NCBI GenBank assembly: GCA_973895155.1
Contig: OZ316897.1
Coordinates: 22,233,455-22,297,454 of the forward strand
Length of the DNA: 64,000 nt
Source: Marsupella aquatica
Lineage: Eukaryota; Plantae; Marchantiophyta
Reading direction: 5' to 3'
Shown: positions 13,371-26,495 of the stretch, one piece after another
How the letters are laid out: each line of letters begins with the position of its first letter
How positions within the stretch are numbered: the stretch's first letter is position 1
The notes under the pieces: generated by a model
The model's database searches: none
Told to the model about the DNA's origin: nothing
The model's input: only the letters and a program-made list of their open reading frames with translations
Made by a program: the position numbers and the translations under genes

Positions 13371-15444
13371 TTGCGCCAGCCTTGTGATCGGCCACTTCGG
13401 GATCTCATTGGGTATCCAGATGGTTCGATACTTTCAGATTTCAGCTACTCCGCAACTCATTCAGCTCGTAACTATCAGCGTTGGGCCTTTTCTTTGTATG
13501 TTCAGTCCTCTCATTTCCTCTACAAATTATAGTGTCGTCATTCAAATCGACGAGCTTCATTACGTACTCCAGCTACTCAGTGTACTCTACGAATTACTCT
13601 TAAAACATTCCCTCAGTTCCCCATGGGAGTTTTCAGGTCACAGCTTGACAGTCAAGTAATCGCATGCATCTTTAGTAGCCACCTTTGCATTCGGATTGAT
13701 CGTTTGCTATTTTCTCTTTTCTTTGGCCCAAAGGCACGAGGTGCGACATACCCCTCGGGAACAATACCCTGACTGTCTTTCAATCCCTGGTCCATGCGTT
13801 ACTTTGTGCTCGGACGGCGTTCATTTGTACCAACACACTTCAGGAGGCGGTATGATAGCGGCGCAGGAATTGCTTGAACCAAAAAGCTGAATCCTTAGCG
13901 TATCGCTTCAAACTGTCACTGCGGTCAACATATATAGTTGAGACCAAAGAGATGAGTGTAGCCAGATATCCACTCATAACAGTCTACTACTCAATACTGC
14001 CCAGGCAAATTAGCCCCTTACATCTGCCCCTTCCCTGAACCCAAACAAACACCGGATATCAAAAGAGATTTAGCAGAGGAAGATTTCGATCACATGGACT
14101 CCGAATATCGAAGGAAGCTCGCTTACGATACAACTCAAGCAAACCTTCTCCAGCTCAGGTCACACAACTAGTGACAATAACCTCACGAGTTGGGAGGAAA
14201 CGCTGTGCATTGCTTACTGTTAACTTAACCACTCGCTTGCCAGACACTTCACCTGGGTCCATTTCCTTACTCTGACACATCTCCAAAAATTTCTATTACT
14301 CTGCCTAAACTCAGTCCGTAAGTATAGACTGCAACATTCATGAACTCCTTTAATCCTTGATTAACATGTGTCGATTGAGTTCAAAGATCCGATTCTTTGA
14401 TTTTAAAACCTGACACCAGAAGATTTCTCATACTTGAGGCCGTCTCATCTTTTTACTCTTTTGCTCCAGGTCTTCGAGACGTACTCGGGGTCAGTTAATA
14501 GATTCTAGTTCTCTGTGCCCCTTCTCTCTGCACCTACTCGTGACATAAGAACCCCATATATATAATGCCGGTTCAAGCAATTGATCCATGCCCAATCAAT
14601 GTGAACTCCAGCAATCTGGCCCCTACACTACTGTTGGCGCAGGAAAGTTTAAGATGTAGAGTCAATAATGAGATGAAGACCCTTCAGTCCGGCCAAAGAA
14701 TTGATTTGCCTTTCTAGGTCCCCGCAAACCTTTGACATCTTCAATGTTTAAACATCGGAGCTTTGGCAATTGGACAAAGAATTTAGTTTAGAAGTAAATG
14801 TGTACATTAATTGTTAGATTGTTTTATTGTGAAGAGTTTTCGAAGGCCTCTGGCAGGCTTCGCACCACACCAACTGAGTTCAAGATGGCCTAGTTACTAT
14901 TCGAACTTTTGAAGTAAGTTTTCACAATACCAGAACTTCAAGCGACCAATGCAGACAGCCCCAGAAAGGTTCGGCCAGGAAGTGAAATTCGTAGCAAGAT
15001 TCGACTTCAAGGTGAGCACGGGGGTGAGCTCGACAAGTATCAGTCAGCAAGCTCATTCGCGTAGCCTCAGCTGTCAATTGAATTCAATTCGTAGAGTCAA
15101 ATCTGATAGAATGTTCCAAATTGGATACATATATGGTATCATGTTCATTTACATATATCCGTCCAGCATTGTCAGCTGCGACTTCAATTCTATTCCCGAT
15201 AAACGTAAAACTAAATCCGATAGAGGATTACCAAATTGGGCATCAATCTGTCATCATGTCCGTATGTGTAGTGCATTCAACAGCTTTCGATTGACATTAA
15301 GAATGAAGATAGATCTGATAAGAAATGTCTGTCACTGCAATTCTGCAATGATGATGACCTACAAAGAAGAGTGCCCGGCCTCCTCACATCACGACTATAG
15401 ACCGACCACTGGCACAGCATTCGATTCTATGACACATTCTGCTC

Positions 15445-16446
15445 TCAAGCCAAACCGACCATCTTTAATGAGTCGGTCCACAAGTGATCCTCTTTTTCCT
15501 CGTCGTAAGCATGCTCTGCATACCCAGGATCGCTGATCGCACTCCCCTCCTTCACCGGCAGGCTAACCTGCACATCCTCCAAATACTTGCCTCCTTTCCC
15601 CTCCCACTCCTTCCCCACAGCCGCCCAAACGGTCGTCGCAGCCCCCTGCTCCGTGCTCTTCATAACAGCATTAATCTCGGGCGAGTTCAAGGCTTCCTTC
15701 AAGTCCTCTGCCAAATAGTTCATCAGCTGCGTCCGGATGCCCCCCGGGTGCAGGCTCGTCGCGTGGAGCCCCTGCTGCCCGAAATGCCGATCGATGTGAT
15801 TGGCCATATAGATGTTTGCCGTCTTGCCTTGCCCATATGCGAGCATGGGATTGTAGTCTCCTGTTTTGAAATTGTAGTCCTCGAAGCGGATGCCACTAAA
15901 GCGATGGCCGGATGATGCAACTGTGACGACGCGCGAGTTGAACTCCGGCGTAGAAGAAGCGAGCAGACTGGGCTTGAGGAGGTTGAACAGCATGAAGTGG
16001 CCGAGATGATTGGTGGCGAATTGAGTTTCGAATCCGTCCACAGTTGTGGTCCCTGGGGCGGGGATGGCCATCACGCCTGCGTTGCACACGAGGACGTTGA
16101 TCGGTTTCTCGGCGGTCTTGGAGAGGAACTCCGCTGCTGCAGCTCGAACGCTCTCCAGGGAGGAGAGGTCCATGGACAGGAGCTCGACGCGGCCGGGCTC
16201 GAGTAAGTCCGCTAGTGCCGTTTTGCCCTTCTCAATGTCTCGTACCCCGCAGTACACCGTCGCTCCTGTGGTCGCGATGGCACGAGCAGTCTCGACTCCA
16301 ATTCCTGACGAGCATCCGGTTATTAGGAAGGTTTTGTTCTTTAATTTGCCTTCCAGCCCCTCGTCCTGAATGATTTGCAGAGCGGTAGGACGGGCGTCGC
16401 CTGCTCCGTGAGGATTCACATGGACTGCTGCGTATTTGGATGCCAT
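15445..16446 (-). CDS. Short-chain dehydrogenase/reductase (retinol-DH/WWOX-like classical SDR), 333 aa, intronless, copy A
   Basis: TGCSSGIG Rossmann motif, CNAG, TNHLGHF, YGQGK catalytic YxxxK, LHPG. Start placed at 16446 (MASKY) by comparison with the 333-aa paralogue; TATAAA at about 16583-16588. Confidence 0.93.
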   Translation of the reverse strand: MASKYAAVHVNPHGAGDARPTALQIIQDEGLEGKLKNKTFLITGCSSGIGVETARAIATTGATVYCGVRDIEKGKTALADLLEPGRVELLSMDLSSLESVRAAAAEFLSKTAEKPINVLVCNAGVMAIPAPGTTTVDGFETQFATNHLGHFMLFNLLKPSLLASSTPEFNSRVVTVASSGHRFSGIRFEDYNFKTGDYNPMLAYGQGKTANIYMANHIDRHFGQQGLHATSLHPGGIRTQLMNYLAEDLKEALNSPEINAVMKSTEQGAATTVWAAVGKEWEGKGGKYLEDVQVSLPVKEGSAISDPGYAEHAYDEEKEDHLWTDSLKMVGLA

Positions 16447-17984
16447 TGTCGGAGAACGAACCCGAAGCGTAGCTAGGAGCGCGTGGAGTGGGCGAAGTTT
16501 ACGGTATGCTTGCTCCGTGTTTGGCGCTGTGATGGTATTCTGAGTGTGGACTTGTGGAGATTGCAGAAAGATCCAAGGAATGTTTATACTGTCTCGATCT
16601 GCCAACTCTTGTTTAGAGGTTTGGTGTGGAGGAAGTTCGTTTGAGACTTCGAAAAAAATAAAACGAAGAAATGGACCACGACGTTTGGCCATCATTGTGT
16701 CCGGGCAGGGTAGGAATTCGTACTTTCTGTTCTTTCCATGCGTAAGATTTCGGTGTTCTAGAACGTGTCTCCCTTAGAGGTCTACTGCAATTTGGGTGTA
16801 TGTAGGACGGATTTTCATCGGAAGTTTCTGAAACAAAAGTTCAAAAACCTTAATTTATCCAGAATCACATTTCACGGAAATATCGTCCGCTAGATTACCT
16901 TCGGGCACTTCAAGGCAAAAAAGCTTCAGCTAGATTACCCTCGAGTAAGGACTCCTTGAACGCACCGTTGATTTGCACACCAAGACACCCCGGCCTACAG
17001 AAACTACAGCAGATCAAGCGAGCTGCTACCTGGACACTTCGGGTATCGAGTGTTGAAATTCGCGCGGTCTTGTCGCTTGCCTGCTCCCATGACTCGCTGT
17101 CAGAAGTAGTTACTGTACACTCAGGCTGCATCGGATCTTACTGACTACCTAGAGCTTGCTGCCGGTCGGTAGGCTGTCTGGTTGATGGCCGTTTGACTCT
17201 GATCCTCTTTCCGTCCTATCTGGTTGCGCCCACTTAGACTGACTCAACTACTTATATTCCCGGTCAGAGTGTACTTGTCGTCTTCCTTTGCTTACGCACT
17301 TGGACCCCACTCCATTCATGTATTTAAACGCACTATTGTGCCTTACGATAATCAAGTTTCATAATCATCTGAAAACTTCCACATCGAGATGATTAAGTAT
17401 GCAACAGACTGCATACTTATACTGTAATGATAGGTCTCAGCCTACCGTCATTGCAGCTAGGGAAGAGCCACCCAGTGGTCATCCGGTTCTCTATCTAAGC
17501 TTTTCTAAAGTATCAAGTCCGATACAAAGCAATTCTTCAAGATTTTGTTTTCGGTGTTGATTTCTTCAAGCTCCGCTCTGTCCTGGTCTCTTGCTTTCAG
17601 GAGATCTTGGATGACGGAAAACACTCCCTTAGACCGTCGGACCGACCAGCAAACTAAACCGTAAAGCTCGCTTCTCGCTCTGTTCTGGCATTCGCCAATT
17701 CCTGCACCTCATTCATGTCTCTCCTCAGCTGAAATACGACTTTGAAGGTGAAAGTTAACGTGCCATAGTCGACGACGTGCACACGGACCTGTTTGTAATA
17801 GTTAAAGCCACCCCTAATTGTCCAAACTTCTGGATTGTGGAGTTCGCGACGAATCAAGCAGGATCCAAAACTTGCCTTCACTGTAAAGTTCATGTCAGCT
17901 GTGTTAGCAATTGGATTTTCATCTATGGAAGAATTGTCGTAGAAACTTTTCATTTGGTTCTTTCCAGTAAATCTTGTTTTTTTT

Positions 17985-19640
17985 AAATATGTCATTGAGA
18001 AAGTAAGATGTTGTGTCGGCCAAGAAGTTGTTGAGAAAAAACATGTACTTTCGGCCCAGAGATGTGGAGAGAAAAGATGTAGTGTTGGCCAAGAGGTTGT
18101 TGAGAAAAAAGATGTCGTGTCGGCCAAGACGTCGTTGAGAAAAAAGATGTCATGTCGGCAAAGACATTGTTGAGGGAAAATACCCGTGCGTTGCACAAGA
18201 TGTTGGTAAGAAAAAATATGGTGTGTCGCCCCAAGATATTGTTATGTGAAAGCTGTCATGAAGTAAAAAGATACAAAAGTCATTTGCCAAAGATGTCATT
18301 ATGTGAAAGATGTTGTTAAAAAAAATGTGTCATTTTGTCAAAGATATTGTGAAGTAAAAGATGTTATAAGAAAAAAATGTTGTTTCACCCAAGCTGTCAT
18401 TCTATGAAAAATGTTATGAAATAAAAAATCAAGGGGAGAAGGAGCGAGTCAAGTTTTTTTTTTCTACCCAAAATGCCTACCCTTTTGTTTTTCTACCAAA
18501 ATGCCCCTGCATTTGAATGGCGACCACTCTATAAATTGGCGCAATGTTATATAATTATCGGTTTCAGGTTTAGGGTGTTAGGGTTTAGGGCTTAGCAAAG
18601 ATGACCATTCTGTCGCTCTCCTTTCAATCCCCCTGCACTGCATAAAAAATGTTGTTTGGTTAAAGATGTTGTTGAGAAATAGATCGTGGTGCAAAAGATA
18701 TCGTTGAATATATAAATAAATAAAAATTGTTAAATTGTATTATTGCATAAAAACTTTTGTTGAGTGAAAGATATCATTGTGCAAAATACTGGTTTGGTAG
18801 CCACAAAAGTTCCCTTTCCAAATTTTTTTCTCCTTGCACAACAAAATTCTTGAATAAAAGATGTCATTCATTTGCACAAAAGACTGGCTATGACACCACA
18901 AAAGTATAACAAAATGATAAGTTTTTTCCCTTTTTTCCCTTCCTTTTAAACCATTTTTCTCTTATGTTCCTTTTGAACCTTAACCTCCCCTTTTGTCCCA
19001 TTCCCCTATTTTTGGTCTTCTCTTGTTCTCATTCACCATCACTCCACTTGCTCGCCGCACACCCCCCTCCCCACCCATGCGAGACTGGAGCCCTTCGAGG
19101 GGCTGCCCTACATTGCAAGTGTGCCCCTTGCCCGACACCTTGCGACCAACGCTTGATCATGCCATGCGCTTCACTATGTCTTTGGGCCTTATTACTTTGT
19201 TTTTTGGCATTGAAAATGACAGTGCAAATGACTGTAAAAATCACCACAAATATTGGGAGAACCTTTTTTTTATCGATCTAGTGCCTAAAATATTATTAGC
19301 AATTCAACTCCACTTGCCACTATTATACAAGACTATGCTGCACACAATATTGAATATGTACAATACTTATTTGCATGGATCATGAATATACTCCTTTATC
19401 CTCGTGCATTGATACTCATCATTGTGCTAAAATCTTTCACTGTTTTTGGTGTCTTGTGTGATTATTTTTTGCTTGTCTTGGATAATGGTGCAACTTTTTG
19501 TGAGTCACACTAAACTCAATTCACACTTTGGCTTTATTACTTACCTTTGACCAGATTTTTAAATTTTTGTGCCCTGCAAATTTGAATGAGGACCACTGTC
19601 TCTAAAAAGTGGCACAACTGTGTATTATAGGAGTTAATGT
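17985..19640. mobile_element. Non-autonomous Helitron-like repeat with about 30-bp tandem subrepeats (same family as 23904-48985)
   Basis: Subrepeat GATGTCGTGTCGGCCAAGACGTCGTTGAGAAAAAA (17990-18420); TACCCGTGCGTTGCAC at 18181; terminal motif AATTTGAATGA..ACCACT...AAAAAG.GGC.CAAC...GTATTATAG (19578-19630) shared with 48930-48979. Boundaries approximate. Confidence 0.5.
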
Positions 19641-21084
19641 ACTAACTTTGTTGGAGGCTTTGTTTGGTTTTTTAGTAAATGGGTCAGCTTCCCTGTTTAG
19701 TGCCCTTTTCTTAACTCATTTGTTTGGCAAGCCATGAATTGGCTATTGAATGGATTTGACCAGTTCTGAAACCTAATGGAGTGGGTATTGTATACATTTT
19801 AAAATCACAAATTACTAAAGAAAAGTGCAATCATCACTTTGGCCTTAGTTAAGTATTAAATAGATCTTTGATGTTCATGAAGTACTCAAGGTGCACGAGG
19901 GGCTTGGTCGTTAGTCCTTCCTTTGCACTGCAAAAGGGGCCCTATCACTACGGCAAATGTTCATTTGCATGGTGACCAGCAGACTTGTCCTATTCACTTA
20001 AGTGAACAAATACCCCTCATAGGACCACTATATTTTGAGCCATAGATTGTCCATAGTGGTAAATTAATGAGATGAGATTGATTTATGAATTGGAAGGAGT
20101 CTAATGTAGCTATAGTAGTTTCCATGAAGAATTGAAATAGCTATAAATTTGTCAAGATTAGTCACTCAGTCACTTCACTCTCCACACTTAGTATTTTCAG
20201 AAGTTCGTTTTTTAGCATATAACTACGACAAAAAAGATATCATAAGGTATATCCTGAGAGGAGGTAACAGACAGAAGCCATGTCTAGCTCGCTGCATATA
20301 TAGACATCATTCAAACCTTGAGTTGAATTCCAAAGCCGGAACTTGGATCCGTAGACATCGCACTCCCAATTATGGAGAGATACATAGATCCATATCTATT
20401 TGGTGAGCAAACTCCCGCTGCACACGAATTCATACTTCTAATGTATGTGTTCATTTCCATACATTGGACATATTTAAGACAAATGCTGAAATGAGAGTTA
20501 TGAAAATTCGCAACAAACAATGTCGATGAGCTGTGGAGCTCTGAAAATATAGAAACTAATGCAAAGAACAAAAGGTGCCACAGAGGGAGACAGGATCCCG
20601 AAGGCAACAAACCCCAAGAAACCCAATGATGGAGGGAAACACTTAGGCGAACAACACAGGAAGGCAGAAGAGCCAAAACGCCCAAGAATCCGCAGCAACT
20701 GGCTAAAGAATAAAAACTAGATTGAACCCTAATGAGCAAAAAACCGAAGCTCCTACAACCAGGCAGAATTATTGTAGCGTAGATCGAAGAAATGCCGTTT
20801 GTCTCAGGTCTCCGGCAGCTGCCTTACATTTATAATTGCTAAGTACTGCCCGGATTGAGGAATTCCTGCATCCCTGCTGAGTCTAGCTAAGATGGCATTT
20901 TCACAATAAATTCAGGCTTGAAACCAAATGCCTGTACGAGAATGTAGAGCCCCCAAGTTCGAACGAAGTGCATCTACCAGAAAGCTTCACTACAGACTAT
21001 GAGAATTTGCGAATCCGTCTTTCGGCCAATGCTCAAGACAGTAGCTCGTTCGTCAATTGTGTAACATTAACCAGATTCAATCCA

Positions 21085-22030
21085 CTACCAGGTTAACGTG
21101 ACGTTGTTCCTCATCGCAACGGACTGCTTGACCTGGTCTATTTCCTGGTTGTTGCCATTGACACCGAAGGCCGTGCTGAGAACATTGTCGGGGAGACCTT
21201 TGCCACCGGCGGTGAAGAGAGCTTTGGCAATCAGGAGCGTTCCGGGGTTCTCACTGGAGAGCGCAGAGAAGCCTGAAGCCGGTGTCTTCCCATTATTGCG
21301 CTGCCAGTGCAAAGTACCCTTGGGAAACACAAAGATGTCGCCCGCCTGCACGGTTGTCTCGAATAGCTCGTTTGCAGTATCGACAAATCCCACGTCAAGT
21401 GCCCCTGGAACAAAAATAAACCACAAGAATCACCAATTCAGTCCTCATTATAAGATCATCACGGGGGAACCAGGATTCTCAATGTTTGGACGTACCGAAG
21501 CATATTTTCTCTAGCACGATGGCACCAGCAGCTCGTCACATCATGTAACGATCCTAATGAAACACAGCTGCAGGAAATTAAACGCTAGCTAAGTGCGACT
21601 ACTGACGAGCCTCCGGTCCTTCAGCACGTAAGAAATACAGGACTTAGTTTGATTACATCAAATGCAGCAAGTAACTTGATATGGTGGATCGATGACAGTG
21701 TCATAACGAATTTTTCGGAACTGTACCTGAAAGAACGTAGAACACTTCGGTTGCGCGAGGATGAGTATGGGGATCAATCTGCGACTCTGCGCCGAACTCG
21801 AACAGCACAGCTGCAAGGCCCAGACCGCTGAGTCCTCTGATGGCGGCTCCAGTGGGCGCCGCTATTCCCTTGCCTAGCGTCTGAGGGTTGCGGAATCCCT
21901 TGAAAGTAAAGTCGTCCACGGTCGGGTTGGTGACATTGAAATCGGTGGTGAGGTCGGGGTCACTCGCAAGAACTGTGTGCACCATCAGTGTGGACACCAG
22001 CAGTCCCAAAATGAACACAAATTTCGCCAT
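21085..22030 (-). CDS. Germin-like protein copy 4, 207 aa; exons 22030-21727 and 21404-21085
   Basis: Same motifs and exon sizes (304+320 nt) as copy 2; GT-AG intron 21726-21405. Confidence 0.95.
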
Positions 22031-25000
22031 GGTGTATCGGTAGATTGGCTGCCCACCTGTTGTTCTAATTCCGTTCGCTCCAATGTGATCAGGATTCAAT
22101 TAACTGCACGTCGTGGATAGTTTCGGCAGGCTAGTAAAGGAGCACTCAGACACGCAAGTCCGAATGCTTTCAGTGAGGTGATAATAGGGTAGATTTGGCA
22201 AGTCTAATAGCTGGTTCCGGTTGAATCGTTTGAACAAGGACAACGGTATTTATAGGAATTGAACAGGGAAATTAGCTGAGCGAATTGGCTGAGTGCAGTT
22301 CCTTGCAGAGAAAGGCAAGTCTGTTTGACAAAGTCAACAATTGGAAACAAAGGTTAGAAGGAAGGCCCGACGGCTCTCAACCCTCCTCCCGCCCGGCCGA
22401 CAGGCCCGGTCTTGTCTGTGCTGGGTCATGACTTTGTGAATTGACGAGCATGAGGACAAAAATTATTAAAGTGGTTAGCAGATCAAATTTATAAGTGAAA
22501 AGTGCATAAACGGAGCCTATTTGTAATACAAATCTGCACGCCGTATATGCATCGTATATCATTATATATATGAAACGTGGGGGTGTTCATGGTGCTGTGC
22601 ATCTATATATGCTGTAGTGAGATGTATTTGATAAAATGGCCCGAGAATAAATAAAGCACTAGAATAGTTCATGCTTGTTAGACCCGAACGTGGTGCCAAG
22701 TGGTGTTGCTGGGACGTTCACAGGGATCAGTCTACCGTTCTAGACCTTCTGCACCAAAAGCCTTTGGGAAGATCACTTAGTGTGATTTGTTCAACTCGTT
22801 TTTGTGAATGAGAATTGGGATAGAGACAGGTGGTGAGAAAGACCACCGCTTGCCAACAGTCGATTATTCCGAGATTACTCGGAGTCAGTCACTCATTGAC
22901 GAAGTTCAGTTACGTGTATCAGTCCGATTTCACAACAGAGGCCAGGTCTCTCCGGAAGTAGCTATTTCCGATCAATCAGGGATGCACGTACGCTTATCGC
23001 GTGAGGCTGGATTGCATAAGCTTAGTCTTTGATCCATGGTTAATGGATAATTGAAGGCGAGTCAAGCTGACTATTTCTTCTTGCCATGTCGAATTGCCGC
23101 CAACGAACCGGGAGAGAACATCAAATCTCCTACGTACTTCGTTTTTACGAGAGAAGGAAACCCCACAGCAGCAATCTTCACTTGGATGTTCTAGGCGATG
23201 AGGAAGCATACGAACTGACGAATAATTAGAATACCAGCTGAAACTTGTACTAACAAGCTGTACGTTGGAAGATTCAGTTCAATCAAATGATAGTTTCTGT
23301 CCAGTCTCGAGGGAAGTTTAAGCCCTGATAATAATATGGGCTTTTAACGATGGACGTGCCAACTTCCATGTAGTGAGTGAACCGGCAAACCCGAGACACC
23401 TCTTGAACTCCCCACCTTCATAGAACAAGCTAGGTTTTTGGATGTAGATAAGTTTCGGTCCCTTTGACGTCGTGTGGCAGGAAGTTACTTGCCAATCACA
23501 TATCCAGGCAATGAAGGAATGACATCAGAATCACTGATCTAGTCAGTATGTGACTAAATTTGGCAATGCTAGGCTTCTTAGCTAGCATTTCAAGCATGAA
23601 AGATTTGATTGAAAGATGAGGGAACAATTGAAATTAGTTTCTTAACAACCACATTGCAAGACCTTCAACGAATTAATAGCAGAATTTTTTTGAGATTTGC
23701 GATGTCTTAAATATTGGAGTAAATCTGGCAATGTTAAGTTAATTTGAAAATTAGGTCCATAAGGCTTATAATCCTTCCGAGCACGAAAGGTGTTATCAAA
23801 GATGAGAGAGAAAAAAAAATTTCGTTGCACTGCCAGAGAATGAAATTCATAAGTTCTTTAAGCTCAAACTGTCAAACTGTAGTACTTGTTTTCTTATTTT
23901 AAACGAGCTCAATACCCGTGCATTGCACAAAAGAAATCGTGTCGGCCAAGACGTCGTTGAGAAAAAAAAAATGTCATGTAAGCCAAGAGGTCGTGGAGAG
24001 AAAAAGTGTCGTGTCGGCCAAGAGGTGGTTGAGAGAAAAAAAGTCGTTGAGTAAAATAGATGTCATGTTGGCCAAGAGTTCATTGAAAAAAAAGTTGTCA
24101 TGTCGGCCAAGATGTCGTTGAAAAAAAGATGTCATGTGGGCAAAGACATCATTGAGAGAAAATATGTTGTGTCGGCCAAGACATCGTTGAGGGAAATTAC
24201 CCATGCATTGCACAAAGGATGTCGTTAAGAAAAAAAATGTCGTGTCACCCAAAATATCATTAAAATAAGGATCTCATGGCGCCCAAGATATTGTTAAGAA
24301 AACAGATGTTGTGGCGCCCAAGATGTAGTGTCCCCCAAGATGTCACTAAGAGGATAGTATTGTTGCGCCCAAAATGCTCTTAAGAGAATTATATGTTGTG
24401 TTTCTCAAGAATGATGTTCTTATGTGAAAAATGTCATGAAGTAAAAAGATGTTATTAAGAAAAATAAGTCATTTTGCCAAAGATGGCATGTTGCCCAAAT
24501 TAAAGGTCATCAAGTAAAAAATTGTGTCAAATAAGCAGATGTCATGTCGCCAACGATGTCGTTATGCCAAAGATGTCGTTAAGTATTAAGATGTTGTTAA
24601 GTATAAAATGGTCAATAGATAAAGTATGTCATTACTAAACGATGTTATGAAGTAAAAGATGTTGTTAAGTACATATCGGGCCTGATACCTGTGCATTGCA
24701 CAAGCGATGCATGTTGAGGTGAGAAAATATATCAAGGTGAGAAAAGATGTCGATAAGTGTCATGCCGAGGGACAGTGCCGCTTGTGCACATCGGCATGTC
24801 CCTCGCATGCCCGCTAGGTATGGTTAGGGCTAGTGTACTACTTGAGTTAGTGTCATGTTCTTGTAGCGAGTCTGGGCTGTTCTTGAAGCAAAAGGGGTTT
24901 GTTAGTGTGACGCCTAGACCCGGTCCTACTTAGGGCATGTTTTTCTTTGCCGTTCTACAGTTCTTCTTGAATCGCTGTGAGACAGAGTTTTTCAGAGGCT

Positions 25001-26495
25001 GCTCGTCGGTTCCGTACACGGAATTCACACAGTGATTCGTTAGATGCTCCCGGCCGATCTTGGCATCTCGCCGGTTTTTGATTCGATTTCAGCACGTTTG
25101 TTTCTATCACGCCTTTTATTCAAGAAGAACTCTCGAGTTAGCGGTGACGGGAAGAAGATTTCTTGTGGCAGTTTCGACAATTTTTGGTTAAGCCGTTGCA
25201 ATTTCCTTGATAGACATTGGAACGAGGCTTCAAAACTATGGGTTTAGTGTGGAGTTATGTGTATACTTAAGTGTATACACATAACACTCCCGTCGGGGCC
25301 CAGGTTTTCCTTTTCCGGCCGCAACCTTCTTTGTGACCTACATCGGCGACTTGCTGCCGACTGCACAGGCCGCTGCGGCCTCGCTCGCGTTTTTATGACC
25401 CTTGTTCGTTAGTTTTTATGGGCATTTTCCCGGCCACAGCTGCCGCGCGACCACTTCCCTTCCGACCGCGCGCCCCGTTTTTCTCTTTTTCGCCGTTTCC
25501 GGCCGTAGTCTCCCCTTTGCCTCCCTCCCGATCGCATAAGGCAGGCTGCGCATAGGGCATCGTGCCCTCTCGTTTTTGCCAGCATTTAATTAAGGAGGAA
25601 GGGAGTCGACTAGCGAGCACAAGCGCAAGGGGGGAGACAGAGCCGAGGCAGGCAGCAGCGAGTGGGCACGAGGCCCTATGCTGCATTAAAGGGGGAGGGG
25701 GAGTACATACGACTCCCTTCTCGGGAGTCCTCCTGCAGCACACGAAGCAGCATTGAAGCAGGGGGAGACAAGCGCAAGGAGAGAGGGCACGAGGCCCTAT
25801 GCTGCAATAAAAGGAGGCAAGGAGGGGGAGCGAGAGTGCCAGGAGAGGGCACAAGGCCCTAAGCTGCATTAAAGGAGGGGAGGGGAGTTCAATTCGAACT
25901 CCCTCACACGGGAGTACTTAGGCCTGCCAGGGCACGAAGCCCCAAGGAGGCTTCGGGAGCTCATAAGGAGGAGGGAAGGGGGTGCGAAGCCCTATGCACA
26001 GGGCTCATTTCTTTTTCTACGCCTCACTCTTCCCGTTTTCTTTTCGGCTTGTCTCACTTTTTCGCTGCGCGACGATCGACCTGCTGCCAGTTCCCGGGTC
26101 CACATCGGGCCGATGTGTATACACTTAAGGGGCCCCTTTCACGTGTTGCAGGGCCCATTTCTTTCCGTTCGCTCTTGCTTTGTTCTCGACTACTTGCATA
26201 GGGCACCGTGCCGGCCGGTCCTTCCTTTTTCGGGTCCACATAGGGACCCGACGTATACACTTAAAGGGGCCAAATGTATAGACTTAAGGGGGGCCCCTAT
26301 TCATGTTTTCAAGGGCCCATTCTTCCCGGATTTCTTTGCTGCCGCCACATGTCATCTGCATAGACTTTGACAGTTTCTCAGCGCTTACACATTCTACACA
26401 TTGCTGCCTTGTACCGTTTATTTCCTAGCCTTGGGGCTGCCACTCCTTTTTCTTGTCAATTTCTTTCCCATTGGCACCCTGGGTGAGCATGCAGC

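Larger units (their letters stand above)
4151..19740. repeat. Segmental/tandem duplication unit A (GLP-GLP-SDR), paralogous to about 21085-63930
   Basis: Collinear similarity: 4151-7040 with 21085-23903; 7040-10550 with 48986-52790; 13371-17950 with 56876-61265; 19665-19725 with 63870-63930. Boundaries approximate. Confidence 0.88.

Noticed and set aside
14000-14450. Possible gene relics in the spacers (14000-14450/57500-57880, 17500-17950/60850-61260, 2400-3000)
   Set aside because: Frames are broken differently in each paralogue and I recognise no motif; cannot be supported without a search
16447-16695. 83-aa N-terminal extension of SDR copy A in the ORF track (416 aa)
   Set aside because: Not open in paralogue B, and a TATA-like box lies inside it; the ATG at 16446 is the better start
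18561-18595. TTTAGGG/TTAGGG telomere-like repeats
   Set aside because: Only 3-4 degenerate units inside a repeat element; too short to interpret
23930-24757. Regularly spaced ~30-bp repeats resembling a CRISPR array (also 17990-18420 and 47652-48005)
   Set aside because: Degenerate head-to-tail repeats without unique spacers, no cas genes, eukaryotic context
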